Positions 43,700 to 54,712 of a stretch of DNA of 64,000 bases are shown in pieces. The stretch lies in contig CAWDOY010000025.1 in the NCBI GenBank assembly GCA_963803975.1, positions 1 to 64,000 on the forward strand, given 5' to 3'. The DNA comes from an uncultured delta proteobacterium. Lineage in GTDB: Bacteria; Desulfobacterota; WTBG01; CAIYCZ01. The translations under genes and the position numbers were made by a program. Each line of letters starts with the position of its first letter. The first letter of the stretch is position 1. A model generated the notes under the pieces. It saw only the letters and a list, made by a program, of their open reading frames with translations, did no database searches and had not been told where the DNA came from.

Positions 43700-44980
43700 T
43701 TAGATTGCTTTCCGAACAAGGTCTACAATGTCATACACTTTCATGTTTTCGCCTTGATCAGTAACGACGTCCGTGAAATTCCTCTCACAATGGGGGCACG
43801 CGCTCACGATCGCCTCAGCTCCGGTGGCCTTTGCCTCTTCAATCCGCTCTCCGGCGGTCCATGAGGAGAAATTCCGGATACCGTTCCCGCACCCCGGCAC
43901 CGGCACCGCAGCACCAGGCATATTCCCTGTTTCTTTCCATCTCAACCAGCTGTATGCCCGGAATGCTTCTCAGCACATTCCTCGGCGGTGTCATAAACAC
44001 CCAGGGCTCCGTTATACCTGGGTTTTCGCGGCTCGTATACCAGGACCTGACCGCGAATTTTCTTCTGTTCGCCCTTCCACGGCACATGCGGTTCCCCTCG
44101 TCTTCCCAGATGGCAGGGGTCATGATAGGTGACGGTCAGGGGAACGGTTTTGGTGAATTTTATCTTTCCTTCCCTGATGAGCCGGTCAAGATATTCCGTG
44201 ATGTGAAGGACCTCGAACTTGAAATTCCAGCTCAGCAGGATAGAGGCGCTTGAACGCATGGTAACAATCGGAGCAGCCGGTAACCACCGTCTTCACGCCT
44301 GCAGTCGTCCAGGCATCCTTATTATTCTCGGCATACTTGAGAAATTCCCCCCGGTACCCCATATCACAAAGCCGGCCGCCGCAGCAGTTCTCGTCACGCC
44401 CCATGATGCCGAAATCAACGCCGGCATTCTTGAGCAGAGTCCACCACGTCTCGGGGCATTTTCCACAGGTCCTCATCAAACTGAACCGGCAGCCGACGTG
44501 GAAGACAACTTCAGCCTTCTCCCGGGTCAGGTCTTTCACATCCAGCCCCTCAGCCCATTTGGCGCGATCAGCCTTGGGCTTCATCATCATGTTGTCCTCT
44601 TTGCGGAGATTATCGATGAGGGGAATATCCTGGAACGGGAAGCAGCCGTTGTCTATCAATTTAAATCGCAGTTGTCGCATCACCTCTACGGGTTCAAGAT
44701 CATACCGGTAAACCTTGCAGGCAACGTCACAGCACCCGTCCATCATGCATTTAAAAACGATATCCACCAGACCTTCATCAAAGTAACTGCTTCTTTCCTC
44801 GAGAAGAGACAGCGAGGCGCATAATCTCCCGCTTGCCGAATAACTTTGGAACTTATTATACTCTATGCTGGGGCAGCCTTTTGCAAAGCGCCAGCTCTTC
44901 ACATGAGCAAATGGAATCCATTTGCAATATGAGCATCTGCTGCATCTTGTCGCAGTAGCCCTTAAGTCTTCCAGTGCCAC
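43700..44980 (-). CDS. (Fe-S)-binding protein with [4Fe-4S] and CCG domains (GlcF/HdrD-like); frameshifted
   Basis: [52 protein letters not shown]. Confidence 0.87.
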
Positions 44981-46528
44981 TTTATTCCTCCTGCTTTGTA
45001 TGTTTTCTGCCTAGAAGCAAAGCTTGCCGGGTTCAATACATTATTGGGATCGAACAACCCTTTCAGCTTCCTTGACAGGCTCGTATGCTCGGCATTTCTG
45101 CTATATGCCATGTCTGCCCAAATCCCGTAGGGCCGGGAAAAGAACGCTCCCTGCTTTGACAGTTCTTCACTGGCCCTGGTAAAGAGCCCTTGAACTGTGG
45201 CCGTCTCGCTCTCGCTGCCTGGATCGAACGGTAAACTGAATTCCACATGGCAGCTTGTCCCCAGGTGCGTCGGCTGAAGGTAAATTCCTACATCTGATGG
45301 CGGGTACTTAAACGCTTCTGCCAATGAGTTCATCGTCATTACGAATTCCGGCACTCTGTTAAGCGTGGTTAGAAAGAAAATATCCTGGCATCCGCCCTTG
45401 TTGCGAAGTTTCCAATACGGTTCCTTTGAGGGATTGAGCACTGCTTCCGCTACCTGCTCACCTGTTGCCCCGGGGACAGCCGACTCCAGGCGAACGCCAA
45501 ATTGCTGAGCGATATCGCGTATGTCATTTTCCAGAAATTCAACTCTTTCCTGCGCCAGCACATCGCGCCCGGTCAGCCCCAGGACAAGAATCCACGGAGG
45601 AAGCTCTTTTCTCAAACCCATGATCTGCTCAGTGCCTTCTCCCAGAATGGCTGCCAAAGCGGGACCGCTAAACAGCATTAATTCGTCATGAAATCGTAAT
45701 TCTTAAGAGCTTATAGGCAAAGCCGATGATGCTATCGAGCCCTTCAGCCGGCAGCAGAAAAAACTTTTGAACTTTCGGCAACACTTCACATCTCAGCGAC
45801 GCCCAGGTGACAATACCCATAGTTCCCTGCGCTGCTGACAGCAGCTTATGGAAATTAAATTGCCCCGGGCCATATTGATAGAGCGCCGTATCTTGTGTTT
45901 TCCGTCGTTTTTCCAGTAGTTCTTCTATCGGAATGAGTTTCGCCACTCCCGCTGGTGGATGTGCTGACGCCGGCACCCGCCAGCTCACCGGTCCTGAATA
46001 TATCCCCGTTCCCCATGACCGTTTCAAGGCATCGCAGGGGCTCGCTCAGCGACCAGGCATACCGGGGGTTCATGATAGGCTCCCTTTCCAGGACGCTGCC
46101 CAGCACAGATTTAGAGGTTCGCGGCAGAAGTGGCATGGAAAGTCTCAATCCTTCCTTTGCCAGCTCCGGCTGGAGTTTGCTGAAGGTTACCCCGGGCTCA
46201 ACTACAGCCACCCGATTTCTCCGGTCCGTCATGATGATCCGGTTCATCCCGCTAAGGTCCACAATAACCGCCCCTTCTGAACCGGGAACACTGTCACCAC
46301 GGAAGTGCGGCAGGCCTGAGCTTACGGGCACGAGTGGCGTTCTCGTTTGGTTGGCCCACTTAACTATACCCTGCACTTCATCCGCATTCGCAGGCTTTAC
46401 CACCATCAGGGGCTTTCTTGGCGGAGTGAAACTGTGGTCCCTGGAGTAACCATCCAAGTGTAATCTGGATCATTAATTACATTCTCCGCACCAACTATCT
46501 TTATTAGCTCATCTTTTTTTTCGGCCAT
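44962..46528 (-). CDS. Second FAD-binding oxidoreductase (FAD_binding_4); frameshifted
   Basis: IVGAENV, VKPANADEVQ, VPVSSG, VDLSGMNRI, VEPGVT, AQGTMGIVTW, FFSRPYG, K.LFDPNNVLNP. Confidence 0.83.
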
Positions 46529-46692
46529 CTATACCTCACTTTTTCCTCTGAAATTTTCTTATCTTTAGCAAAGAGTTAAAGAGATGTCAAAATTCATCTG
46601 GTCGTTCTTTTAAAACAAGGTTTCCCCGGATTCAGAATCCTCTGCGGATCAAGTGCCTGTTTAATCTCTTTCATAAAGTAAAAGACCTGCAC

Positions 46693-46763
46693 TATTTAGA
46701 ACATGTTCTAAATATAAATAGCACACTCTTTTTTTCCTTGTCAAGGATAAAAGAACATGTTCT
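46693..46763. promoter_or_regulatory. Two TetR-type operators (perfect 22-bp palindrome TATTTAGAACATGTTCTAAATA and AGAACATGTTCT) flanking a minus-strand TTGACA
   Basis: Palindromes at 46693-46714 and 46752-46763 between the divergent TetR gene and the FAD-oxidoreductase operon. Confidence 0.8.
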
Positions 46764-46813
46764 AATTAAAACTTATTTGCAGTGCTGCCCAATCAATTTG
46801 CAACAAAGGTACT

Positions 46814-47482
46814 ATGAAGATGAAGATCCGGAAAGCCAACAGCGAAGCAGTGAGAAACAACATAATAAAGATTTCCCGAAGACTCTTTCTTGAACAGGGA
46901 TATGAAAATACAACGGTCCGACAGGTACTGAAAAAGGCACGTCTGTCGACAGGAAGTCTTTATCACTTTTTTAAAAATAAGGAAGAAATCCTTCTTTTCA
47001 GCTTGAAAGATGCTCTCCTTGAAATTAGCAGTCTCACAGATAGTATCGCAGTAAAATACAATGAACCGATTCTACGATATGCCTTAGGTATTGCGTTAGG
47101 AATAAGTGAGATTTTTAACTATAAACACTTGTTCAATTTTTACAATGCTATCTATAAAAATGAATCTGCCGAAAATTTTATGATTAGCCTCAAAGTTACC
47201 AGAATGAAAAACTTATTAAACGATCTGAATCTTCATTTTACTGATAACGAGATCCATTCTCGTATTCTGGCAATTCATGGAGCAACAAGGGCTTTAATGC
47301 TGGCTACAATCAATAAACAGTTATCGGCAAATCTTAATGATATTTACTCCTTGATTATCAAGATTGCACTGTCTGAATTTAATATTCCCGAGAAGAAAAT
47401 TAATAAAATTATCAAGCTCACAACCAAAATAATTCAAACTAAAACCTTCTCAAGGAATCTCGCGGAGAAATTAAAACCCTGA
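46814..47482 (+). CDS. TetR/AcrR-family transcriptional regulator
   Basis: RLFLEQGYENTTVRQV...LSTGSLYHFFKNKEEIL helix-turn-helix. Confidence 0.92.
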   Translation: MKMKIRKANSEAVRNNIIKISRRLFLEQGYENTTVRQVLKKARLSTGSLYHFFKNKEEILLFSLKDALLEISSLTDSIAVKYNEPILRYALGIALGISEIFNYKHLFNFYNAIYKNESAENFMISLKVTRMKNLLNDLNLHFTDNEIHSRILAIHGATRALMLATINKQLSANLNDIYSLIIKIALSEFNIPEKKINKIIKLTTKIIQTKTFSRNLAEKLKP

Positions 47483-47832
47483 TCATTTCATCCCATGAAT
47501 GATTGTTTCATCCACGGTAAGCGCCTCATTAACCCCATCTTCACAGGATAGCCTCGCCAGGCCATAGTGAGCCTCAACAATAACAAGAGATATCTTCGCC
47601 TGGGACTACCGGCACCAGAAGACACGCAGGACATGGTGCGAATCGCTACAGAAATAAAGAAGGTGCCTGATGCCATGGGCGCCGGCCCGCTGGTGCTCGG
47701 CCGTGACGGATCGCTCCCGAAAATCATGGGGACGAATTGCGATGAGGCGCGCAAACTCAAATCACTTTTTGGTCCGGTGAACATCACGTCCCCCGGCATC
47801 GCCTTTTGCTATAGAAGATAGATACTGTTTAA

Positions 47833-47867
47833 TAAAAAAACCCGCCGTTCTTATGGCGGGTTCTTTT
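47833..47867. terminator. Bidirectional terminator
   Basis: aaaaaaaacccgcc-loop-ggcgggttctttt. Confidence 0.7.
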
Positions 47868-47900
47868 ATTAAACACTCAGTCTGATTTACATCCTCAGCT

Positions 47901-50067
47901 TCACTCTATATAACCTAATGAGCGAAGTTTTTCGGTAATAGCTTGATCCGGCTTAGGCAATTCTTTATTACCCTCTATCGGGTTAAAAGAACGGTTCCAG
48001 CGTTCCAACTGCGCATTCAGCTCCTGTGCTTTCCGGGGCAGTTTATCAGCCAGATTGGCGGACTCAAGAGGATCATCGGTGATGTTATACAGCTCGCATC
48101 TCCCATCAGAAGCCCAGAGATACTTGAAATCGCCCGAGTAAATTGCTTTAAGATCTCGTGCCAGGTGTTTTAAGTCCTGGCGTCTTTTCCATGTCGGGTC
48201 CTGATAATTCTCGGCAATTATAGTTCTGGGTTTTTCAGGGAATTGAAAAACAATGCCCTGGATGTTTTCAGGAACAGGGAGCGAAACAGTGTTAAGAATT
48301 TCCGGGAAAATATCAACCAGGGATACCGGATCATCTACCACGCCTGTTTTCTTGCGCCATGAGGGATATTTAATAATCAAGGGTACTCTTAAGTTGTCCT
48401 CATAAAGCGCTATGCCGTGGGTCATTAAGTGGTGCTCTCCAAATGATTCTCCATGATCAGAGGTTACGATAATCATGCTCTGTGTAAATAATTTCAGCTC
48501 CTGTAACTTTTTCATGAGCTTTCCCACGGCATCATCCACAAATGATAATTCTCCATCATACAGCGCCAGGAGATGATTCTTTTCTTTGAGCGACAACACA
48601 TGCTTGCGTTTTATAACATCTGTTAACAGCTCCAGCTCTTTTTCTTTATAAGAAGCTGCGGAGGTGCTTGTCATATAGCATATATCACCGTATCATCTCT
48701 GCCTGGATAGCGCGTATCAAACGGTGCAGGGGGCATATAGGATTGATGGGGGTCAAAATAATGAACAAAGAGAAATACCGGCAGCGTAACATTAAAGAGT
48801 AAAAACTTCTGTTGTGCTAATTGCGTTTCACGATTATTGAGCCATGCAAAGACCAGCTCATTTATTTCGTGTGCTCTTCGTTCTCCCCCCCAGGGGTCTA
48901 AGTTATCATCATAAAATTTAAATCCCTGCCCCAGGCCAAAGACTGCCTTGCAAAATGTACCCGCTATTATTCCCGCTGTGTCATATCCGTGTTCTGATAA
49001 AATTTCAGCTATCGTAACATTATTATCACTGAGCTTTGTGCAGAAATAGGGAGGCTTTGCATGCTCTGACCGGTGCGCGTTATGCATCGAAGGGTAACAG
49101 CCGGTCATGAGTGATGCATGTGAGGGAAGTGTCCAGGAAGACGGTGCATACGCTCTTTTAAACATACTATTCTCACGCGCGAACCGGTCTATGTTCGGGG
49201 TTGTGTTTCGTTCGTAACCATAGCAGGAGACATGGTCTGCGCGCACGGTATCAATGCTTATGATAATGACGGAAGGCCGCTGCGTTAGTATAGTAATAAA
49301 TTCTTTGCTAAAGTTATCAGTATTCGTCTTGAGCACTATCTCTGAGATTCCCCACGCGACAACACCAGATAGAAGTAATAAATATGCAGCAGCACCCGGT
49401 AATGGCAGGAAGCTTAATATTTTTTTTAAAACGTTAAGAAGTCCGAATAACAATAAAAAACAGAGCACAGCAACCACCGATAATCGCCCCATTCACCATG
49501 AGTCGTTTGGGAGTTAAATCAAGGAATTTTCCGGGAAGAAAAGATTCATTAATAAAGGTGCCTGCCAGAAGAAATGCACACAGGCTGATATAGAGGGCAA
49601 ACAAGACCCGGCGCTGTGTTTCCTTGTTTGCGATACCTGATGAAAGCCGTAAAAGAAGCAGATATATCCCGCCACAAAATGCGCAAAATAATAGACCCAG
49701 ACTTATGGCTGCCGGCAGCTGAGCTTTAAAGAATAATTTATTGTTAATGATGGCGAGACCGGCGCAGAGCAGGATAGAAATAATACATCCAGTGTAACAA
49801 ACTATATCTGCGTCGAAAATATTTTGTGTATTTCGTCTGCTGCGTCTTAAGAAACTGCTGCAAACAGGCTGCAATCATCCCTCCGACAGCCCCGGCTATG
49901 GTATACGCGCTGATTGTCATCAGTACGGTCGAGAGATGCAGAATCGGACCGCGTGTTAGATTCAGCAGAGCTTCCATGATCGCAAATACAAGCCAGCCTA
50001 TCCCCCAGATGCAAAAGCCGTGCACGATATTTCTGGTAAATGAAGGCTGTAGATTTAATGTATTCAT
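47901..50067 (-). CDS. Membrane-anchored sulfatase-like (alkaline phosphatase superfamily) protein; frameshifted
   Basis: N-terminal TM helices; ISIDTVRADH.SCYGY...TTPNID, WTLPSHAS..TG, HYFDPH..Y, YDGE, TSDHGE.F.EH, VPLII. Confidence 0.85.
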
Positions 50068-50179
50068 AGTATCATTCGTTTTTATTTGCAGCGTTTGCAG
50101 CAAGTGCAAAGCTTTTAAACCAATTAAATTACATTAACGATAAAAGTCAATTATATAGTTTGGGGGCGCAAAAAGAATG

Positions 50180-50500
50180 CTGAGGTTGAGGCAGAGAATA
50201 AGTGACCTGCCCGTGTCCCGTCTGCGGAGCTACGGCGCGGTGGCAGGCAAAAAGGCAATGATGCACCCCTCGACTGCGCTCGGGGCAAATAGAAGAATAG
50301 CGATGAGTGCTGAGTAACGAGCGATGAGTAAAAGCTGGTGAATGGGTAAAAAAACATAAGACAGAAGACAGATTTGAAATAGGCAATAGAAAAATCTCGG
50401 CGAACTCTGTCCACCGTCCGTAGCAGGCTACTGCGGAGGGCGGGTGATCTCTGCGGTTAAACATTCACTAATCACGAACCCCGAGTCACGAGCCCCTGCT
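50180..50500. repeat. Intergenic mosaic of short tandem and palindromic repeats
   Basis: ccctcgactgcgctcgggg, gagtgctgagtaacgag, agacagaagacaga, cacgaaccccgagtcacgagcc, ccgt.cgtagc...gctac.gcgg, ctctgcggttaa. Confidence 0.55.
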
Positions 50501-50510
50501 TTATAGTGTA

Positions 50511-51857
50511 TCAGCTGAGTGACAGCGTGGGAAATCCTGCGCGCATGCAGCTGCCGAATACCACTTCAAGCGGCGTGGTGCGCATCGTGCCAAGCTTCTG
50601 AAAAATATCCGGCCGATCCTTCTGCACCATGGGCATGATCTCGGCGAGCGCCCCGCCCACGAGCTTGGGCGTCTCATACGGGTCAAGCATGCCCGGCAGG
50701 GTCTTCTTGATCGACCCGAGCAGGTAGTCAATGTCATCAGGTGATAAAACATACGGCATCACGGCGTTGCCGATCATGTCCTTGTAATCATAGAGCTTGA
50801 TTACTTCATCTCGCCACCAGTCAAGATATACCGCGACGCCTTCCCGCGATATCTTTCCTTCAACAAGGGCAAACGTTACCGCGTTGGCAGCTTTCCAGCC
50901 GCTTACCACCGCGCCGGTCATCTCCGCTTCCTGGCACCACACCGCGTCTGAAACCAGAAGCACCTGGTCCTGGTACGGGTCAATGATATGGGAAAGCATG
51001 TTCCCCACGGCAGGCAGCGTCCGTTTTACTTCAGCCTTGGCAAACCAAGGCGCAAAGTACCCTTCGCTGGTGACGCGCTTGAAAATCGCCTCGTGGTCGC
51101 GGCCGGGATGGAGCGAGGTGACCATGGCAAAATGCTGATCGCTGCCGGCGCGCGGGGTCATCCAGATGCGCATGGCCGGACTTTCATTGAGGAATATCTG
51201 GAACAGCCCGTATTTTTCCGGCGGCTGGACTCCTGACATTTCAAATCCCAGCGTGGTGGCAGTGCCGAAATATTTACGGTCCCGGTTCTTGCCCAGCGTC
51301 CGCGCGATTTTAGAAGACCGGCCGTCCGCGGCGATTACAAAAGTGCCCTTGAAGCTCCGGCCTTCGGCTGTCTTTACCGTGACCCGATTTCCTTCCGTGT
51401 GCGTCCCAATGACATTATAGCCGGGAAAAACATCCACATGATAGCCGCGCGCCTCATCCAGCAGTCCCTGCAGCAGAGCACCCTTGTTATAGACCGCGCT
51501 GATTCGTCCCGCTGAGCCTTTTTTTATGTTTTCATCATAATTCCCCAGCGTTACCTTATTGCCCCGATGGGTATAAATGGCCCAGGTGTAGAAGTCCTGG
51601 TGAGGTCCCTGGTAGTTTATCGAAAAGCCGTAACGCGGGAAACAGATGCGTTTTTCCCGCTCATTTAAAAGCACGCGCTCACCGAGGTATTTTCCGGTCA
51701 GCGTCACCACCATCATGCTGCAGGCGCGGTTGATGTCCGCGATGTTGTCCTTGCGTTCAATAAGTGCCACGCTCAGCCCGTTCTCACCTGCTGTTTTTGC
51801 CGCCATGAGACCTGCGGGACCGGCACCAACGACGATAACATCATATTCTTTTGCCAT
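50511..51857 (-). CDS. Geranylgeranyl reductase/FixC-like flavoprotein (paralog 3)
   Basis: DVIVVGAGPAG, RAC, NKGALLQGL, IAADG, LVSDA; collinear with 27695..29020 (AKTA.ENGL.VAL.ERK, W..EAE..GA..SG.KAA, GFP). Confidence 0.87.
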   Translation of the reverse strand: MAKEYDVIVVGAGPAGLMAAKTAGENGLSVALIERKDNIADINRACSMMVVTLTGKYLGERVLLNEREKRICFPRYGFSINYQGPHQDFYTWAIYTHRGNKVTLGNYDENIKKGSAGRISAVYNKGALLQGLLDEARGYHVDVFPGYNVIGTHTEGNRVTVKTAEGRSFKGTFVIAADGRSSKIARTLGKNRDRKYFGTATTLGFEMSGVQPPEKYGLFQIFLNESPAMRIWMTPRAGSDQHFAMVTSLHPGRDHEAIFKRVTSEGYFAPWFAKAEVKRTLPAVGNMLSHIIDPYQDQVLLVSDAVWCQEAEMTGAVVSGWKAANAVTFALVEGKISREGVAVYLDWWRDEVIKLYDYKDMIGNAVMPYVLSPDDIDYLLGSIKKTLPGMLDPYETPKLVGGALAEIMPMVQKDRPDIFQKLGTMRTTPLEVVFGSCMRAGFPTLSLS

Positions 51858-52240
51858 CTTTTCTCCTTTTCAAGAACCTCGTATAGTCAAAACAAACCAC
51901 AGAGAACTCTATAAATAAATTATTATAAACTATCAACGGTCTGCCGTCAGCTGTAAGCTTTTTCCGTGCGTCGAAGATCTCCGGTGCCTGGTTATATGCT
52001 GTCACTATGTAACACGTTGCTGTTTTCTGAGTCAATATCTTTTTGCCAAAACATCCTCCCAACCGCGCTGTGCGGGCTTCTCCAACTTTCTTCAACAAAG
52101 GAGCCGATGGTTATAGGTTTAATAGTTAATATACTTAATTAAGTTCCATCAGAATAAGTTTCTTAGAATAATTGTATGACGATGTTTTTTTGCCTTGACA
52201 TCAAATTTCAAATAATATAAAAAATGTGCTAACTACCAAA

Positions 52241-52585
52241 ATGAAGGTAACCTATCATGACCCCTGCTACCTCGGCAGGTACAGCCGCCTCGATGACGCG
52301 CCCCGCGAAATTCTCGCTGCCGTCCCCGGGCTCAAGCTGGTGGAAATGGAGCTCAACCGCATGCATGCCTGATGCTGCGGAGCCGGCGGCGTCAAGCTCG
52401 GCAAGCATGATTATGCGGTAGCCGCCGGCAAAAAGAGAGTTGAAGAAGCCATAGCAAGCACTGCAGATGTTCTGGTAACAGCCTGTCCGGTCTGCGTTGA
52501 AAATTTCAATAAGGCAAAGGAAGCCTGTAAATTCAAGGTTACCGTACTGGATATAGCAGAGCTGCTCTGCAAGGAACTTGCATAA
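52241..52585 (+). pseudogene. Stand-alone CCG-domain (HdrD/GlcF C-terminal-like) ORF with an in-frame TGA at 52370
   Basis: [13 protein letters not shown]...[17 protein letters not shown]...VTACPVC...DIAELL, in frame from ATG 52241 to TAA 52585; not in the ORF track. Confidence 0.75.
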
Positions 52586-52661
52586 CAGAACTGCAGCGGC
52601 CGCGGGGACGCAGTAATGATCTCCCCCGGATTCGCTGTGGTACAAACGGAAAGGAGAGTGT

Positions 52662-53429
52662 ATGGCACGTGTTGACTACAAGGACATGATCAACTACGCC
52701 GATGACCTTCTGAGTAAGTACAAAATTTTCGAAGGCCTTGATCTGGTACCTCTTGAAACCTATGAGGGTATGGATACCAGGTCGGCCTGGGAATTCAAGA
52801 CCCCCATGGCAACCGGCTACTACAAGCCGTACCTCATCAAGGGAAGCACTGCCATTGAAAAGATCACCATCGGTGAGCTCCACTACATGCGCCGGGCAAA
52901 ATATTGCGCCCTCAACATGACGGCCAGTGATGATTATGACCTGCCCATCTATGCCTGCGAATTTGACGAGTCAGCGCCGCGCCTCGGCATCACCGTTGAC
53001 CTTATGCCGATCGCGGACATAGCTGTCCATCCCGAATACCGGGAAAAATATCTTGACCCCCTTGCCGCTGACTGGAGAAAATACCGCACCATCCCCGGCT
53101 TCACCGAAGAGGGCCGCTGCCTGGTGCAGCGCAGATATGCTCCCTGGAACTGGGCGCGGGAAAGCCTGTCCCCCTACTCTCTTGACGGCCGCGTTGTAGA
53201 GCCCGAAGACCGCTACAAGGTCATGGATGCGATTGCGGCCTACGCGCGGATATGGTTTGACCTGCTGAAAAAGGCCGAGCCCATGAAAGACCCGCAGTAC
53301 AAGCAGGAAGTGCTCACGCGGAAAAAGTTCCTGCAGAAAATTTACCGCGACCGCGACCCCGGCGGAGAGGTTATCAAGAAGATTTTCGGCGACGATAAAC
53401 ACCACCTTTTTGTAAGCTTAATCTTTTAG
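52662..53429 (+). CDS. Ferredoxin-dependent bilin reductase / red chlorophyll catabolite reductase-like protein
   Basis: YDLPIYACEF, VDLMP.AD...HPEYREKY, SPY, Y...W, YRDRDPGGEVIKKIFG...LF..LIF follow the FDBR/RCCR pattern. Confidence 0.7.
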   Translation: MARVDYKDMINYADDLLSKYKIFEGLDLVPLETYEGMDTRSAWEFKTPMATGYYKPYLIKGSTAIEKITIGELHYMRRAKYCALNMTASDDYDLPIYACEFDESAPRLGITVDLMPIADIAVHPEYREKYLDPLAADWRKYRTIPGFTEEGRCLVQRRYAPWNWARESLSPYSLDGRVVEPEDRYKVMDAIAAYARIWFDLLKKAEPMKDPQYKQEVLTRKKFLQKIYRDRDPGGEVIKKIFGDDKHHLFVSLIF

Positions 53430-53442
53430 GAGGATGCGTACC

Positions 53443-54106
53443 ATGGCAGACGGCAGCAAATGGGCACCGTATATTGATAAAATGCAGGAGCAGCTCTCCC
53501 GGCTTCGCTCCCGTGGAAATCCTGCAGGATCTGACAGCCGGAAAAACATTGAAAGCATACGCTGCAGACAAATTAGCTAAAATCGCGATTGGCGATTGCA
53601 CTACCGGTGACGGCAGGCATATCGGCATGTGCACGATAGTTCCCCTTGAGCAGTACTGGCTGCCCCTGTTTTTTTCCTTCTGGGAAGAGCGGGAAAAAGA
53701 GATTACGTTCCTGGTTGATATAATACCAACGGTGGACTCGCTCGTTGACGAGCCCTATCGCATCAGGTATTTTGATTCCATCCAGCCGATGTGGGTAAAA
53801 TTCGCCAGCCTTCCCGGCATCACACCATTTGAAGATGACGCGGTCAGGGCGCTCTGCTCCATCGTGTATACCGCCGCGGTAGTGCCCGTAGACAGGGAAG
53901 GCATGCGTCTGGCAGCGCTTGCCCCGCATACGGAATACCTGAAGAGCTACATCGACTTTGTTAAGGATGCACCGCTGGCTGATGGTGAAGCAAAGCTCAA
54001 GGAAATAAAACGCAAGATCGAAGCTGTCAAAACAGCTCTTCGCAGCTATGTGCAGCGGCAATATGCCGGGGCCATACATGAGGACATGATTAAAGTCTTT
54101 TTTTAA
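53443..54106 (+). CDS. Second, more degenerate FDBR/RCCR-like paralog (frameshift near the start)
   Basis: LAKIAIG, YWLPLFFS, LVDIIP..D.....PYR.RY.D....W.KF..LPG is collinear with the upstream gene. Confidence 0.6.
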
Positions 54107-54191
54107 TGCATTTTAACCGCAGAGCACACAGAGGGCGCAGAGAATTTAATATTCTATTGAACCGCGTCATTACACAGAAAGGGGTTCAACA

Positions 54192-54602
54192 ATGACCATA
54201 CTCGATATTTTACACAGAGGCGTTGCATTCGCTAACGCAGACGACATAGCTAAAGAAATGCTTGCTGACTTTAAAGATCACCGGGTGGGAATGAAGCTTG
54301 ACAAGGATGAGCTCACCATGGTGGTGAAAGACGGGGTGGTTTCTATTGAGAGCGGCATGCAGCTGGACAACTGTCACGCTGCCATGAACATGAAGACCAT
54401 TGATGTGTGCGGCGCCATTGACAACAGCTTTGACCTGATGGAAATACGGGAAAAGGGGAAGCTGCTGAAAGGTGACCCGATGGATATGAACATCGCCGTC
54501 CACTTCATGGCAACATTCCCTTACTTTGACGCCATGGTGCGCCTGTACCAGGAAGATGCTGAGTTTAAAAAGATGGTGGATGATTATAAAGCTACTCTTT
54601 GA
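54192..54602 (+). CDS. SCP2/sterol-carrier-like hypothetical protein
   Basis: Small protein with VVKDGVVSIESG....HAAMNM...D......FDLM....KGKLLKGD, resembling the SCP2 pattern. Confidence 0.5.
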   Translation: MTILDILHRGVAFANADDIAKEMLADFKDHRVGMKLDKDELTMVVKDGVVSIESGMQLDNCHAAMNMKTIDVCGAIDNSFDLMEIREKGKLLKGDPMDMNIAVHFMATFPYFDAMVRLYQEDAEFKKMVDDYKATL

Positions 54603-54712
54603 TTGTGCACCGCTGAGTACGCCCCTCGGCCATGAGCAACTCGGCCTTGAGCTCGGGGCCGAATGGCAGAGATCGCAGAGAATAAACTCTTCAAACGATA
54701 GGGATTAAACGT

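Noticed and set aside
47488..47821. Short ORFs after the TetR gene
   Set aside because: Possibly a gene remnant, but no motif I can assign.
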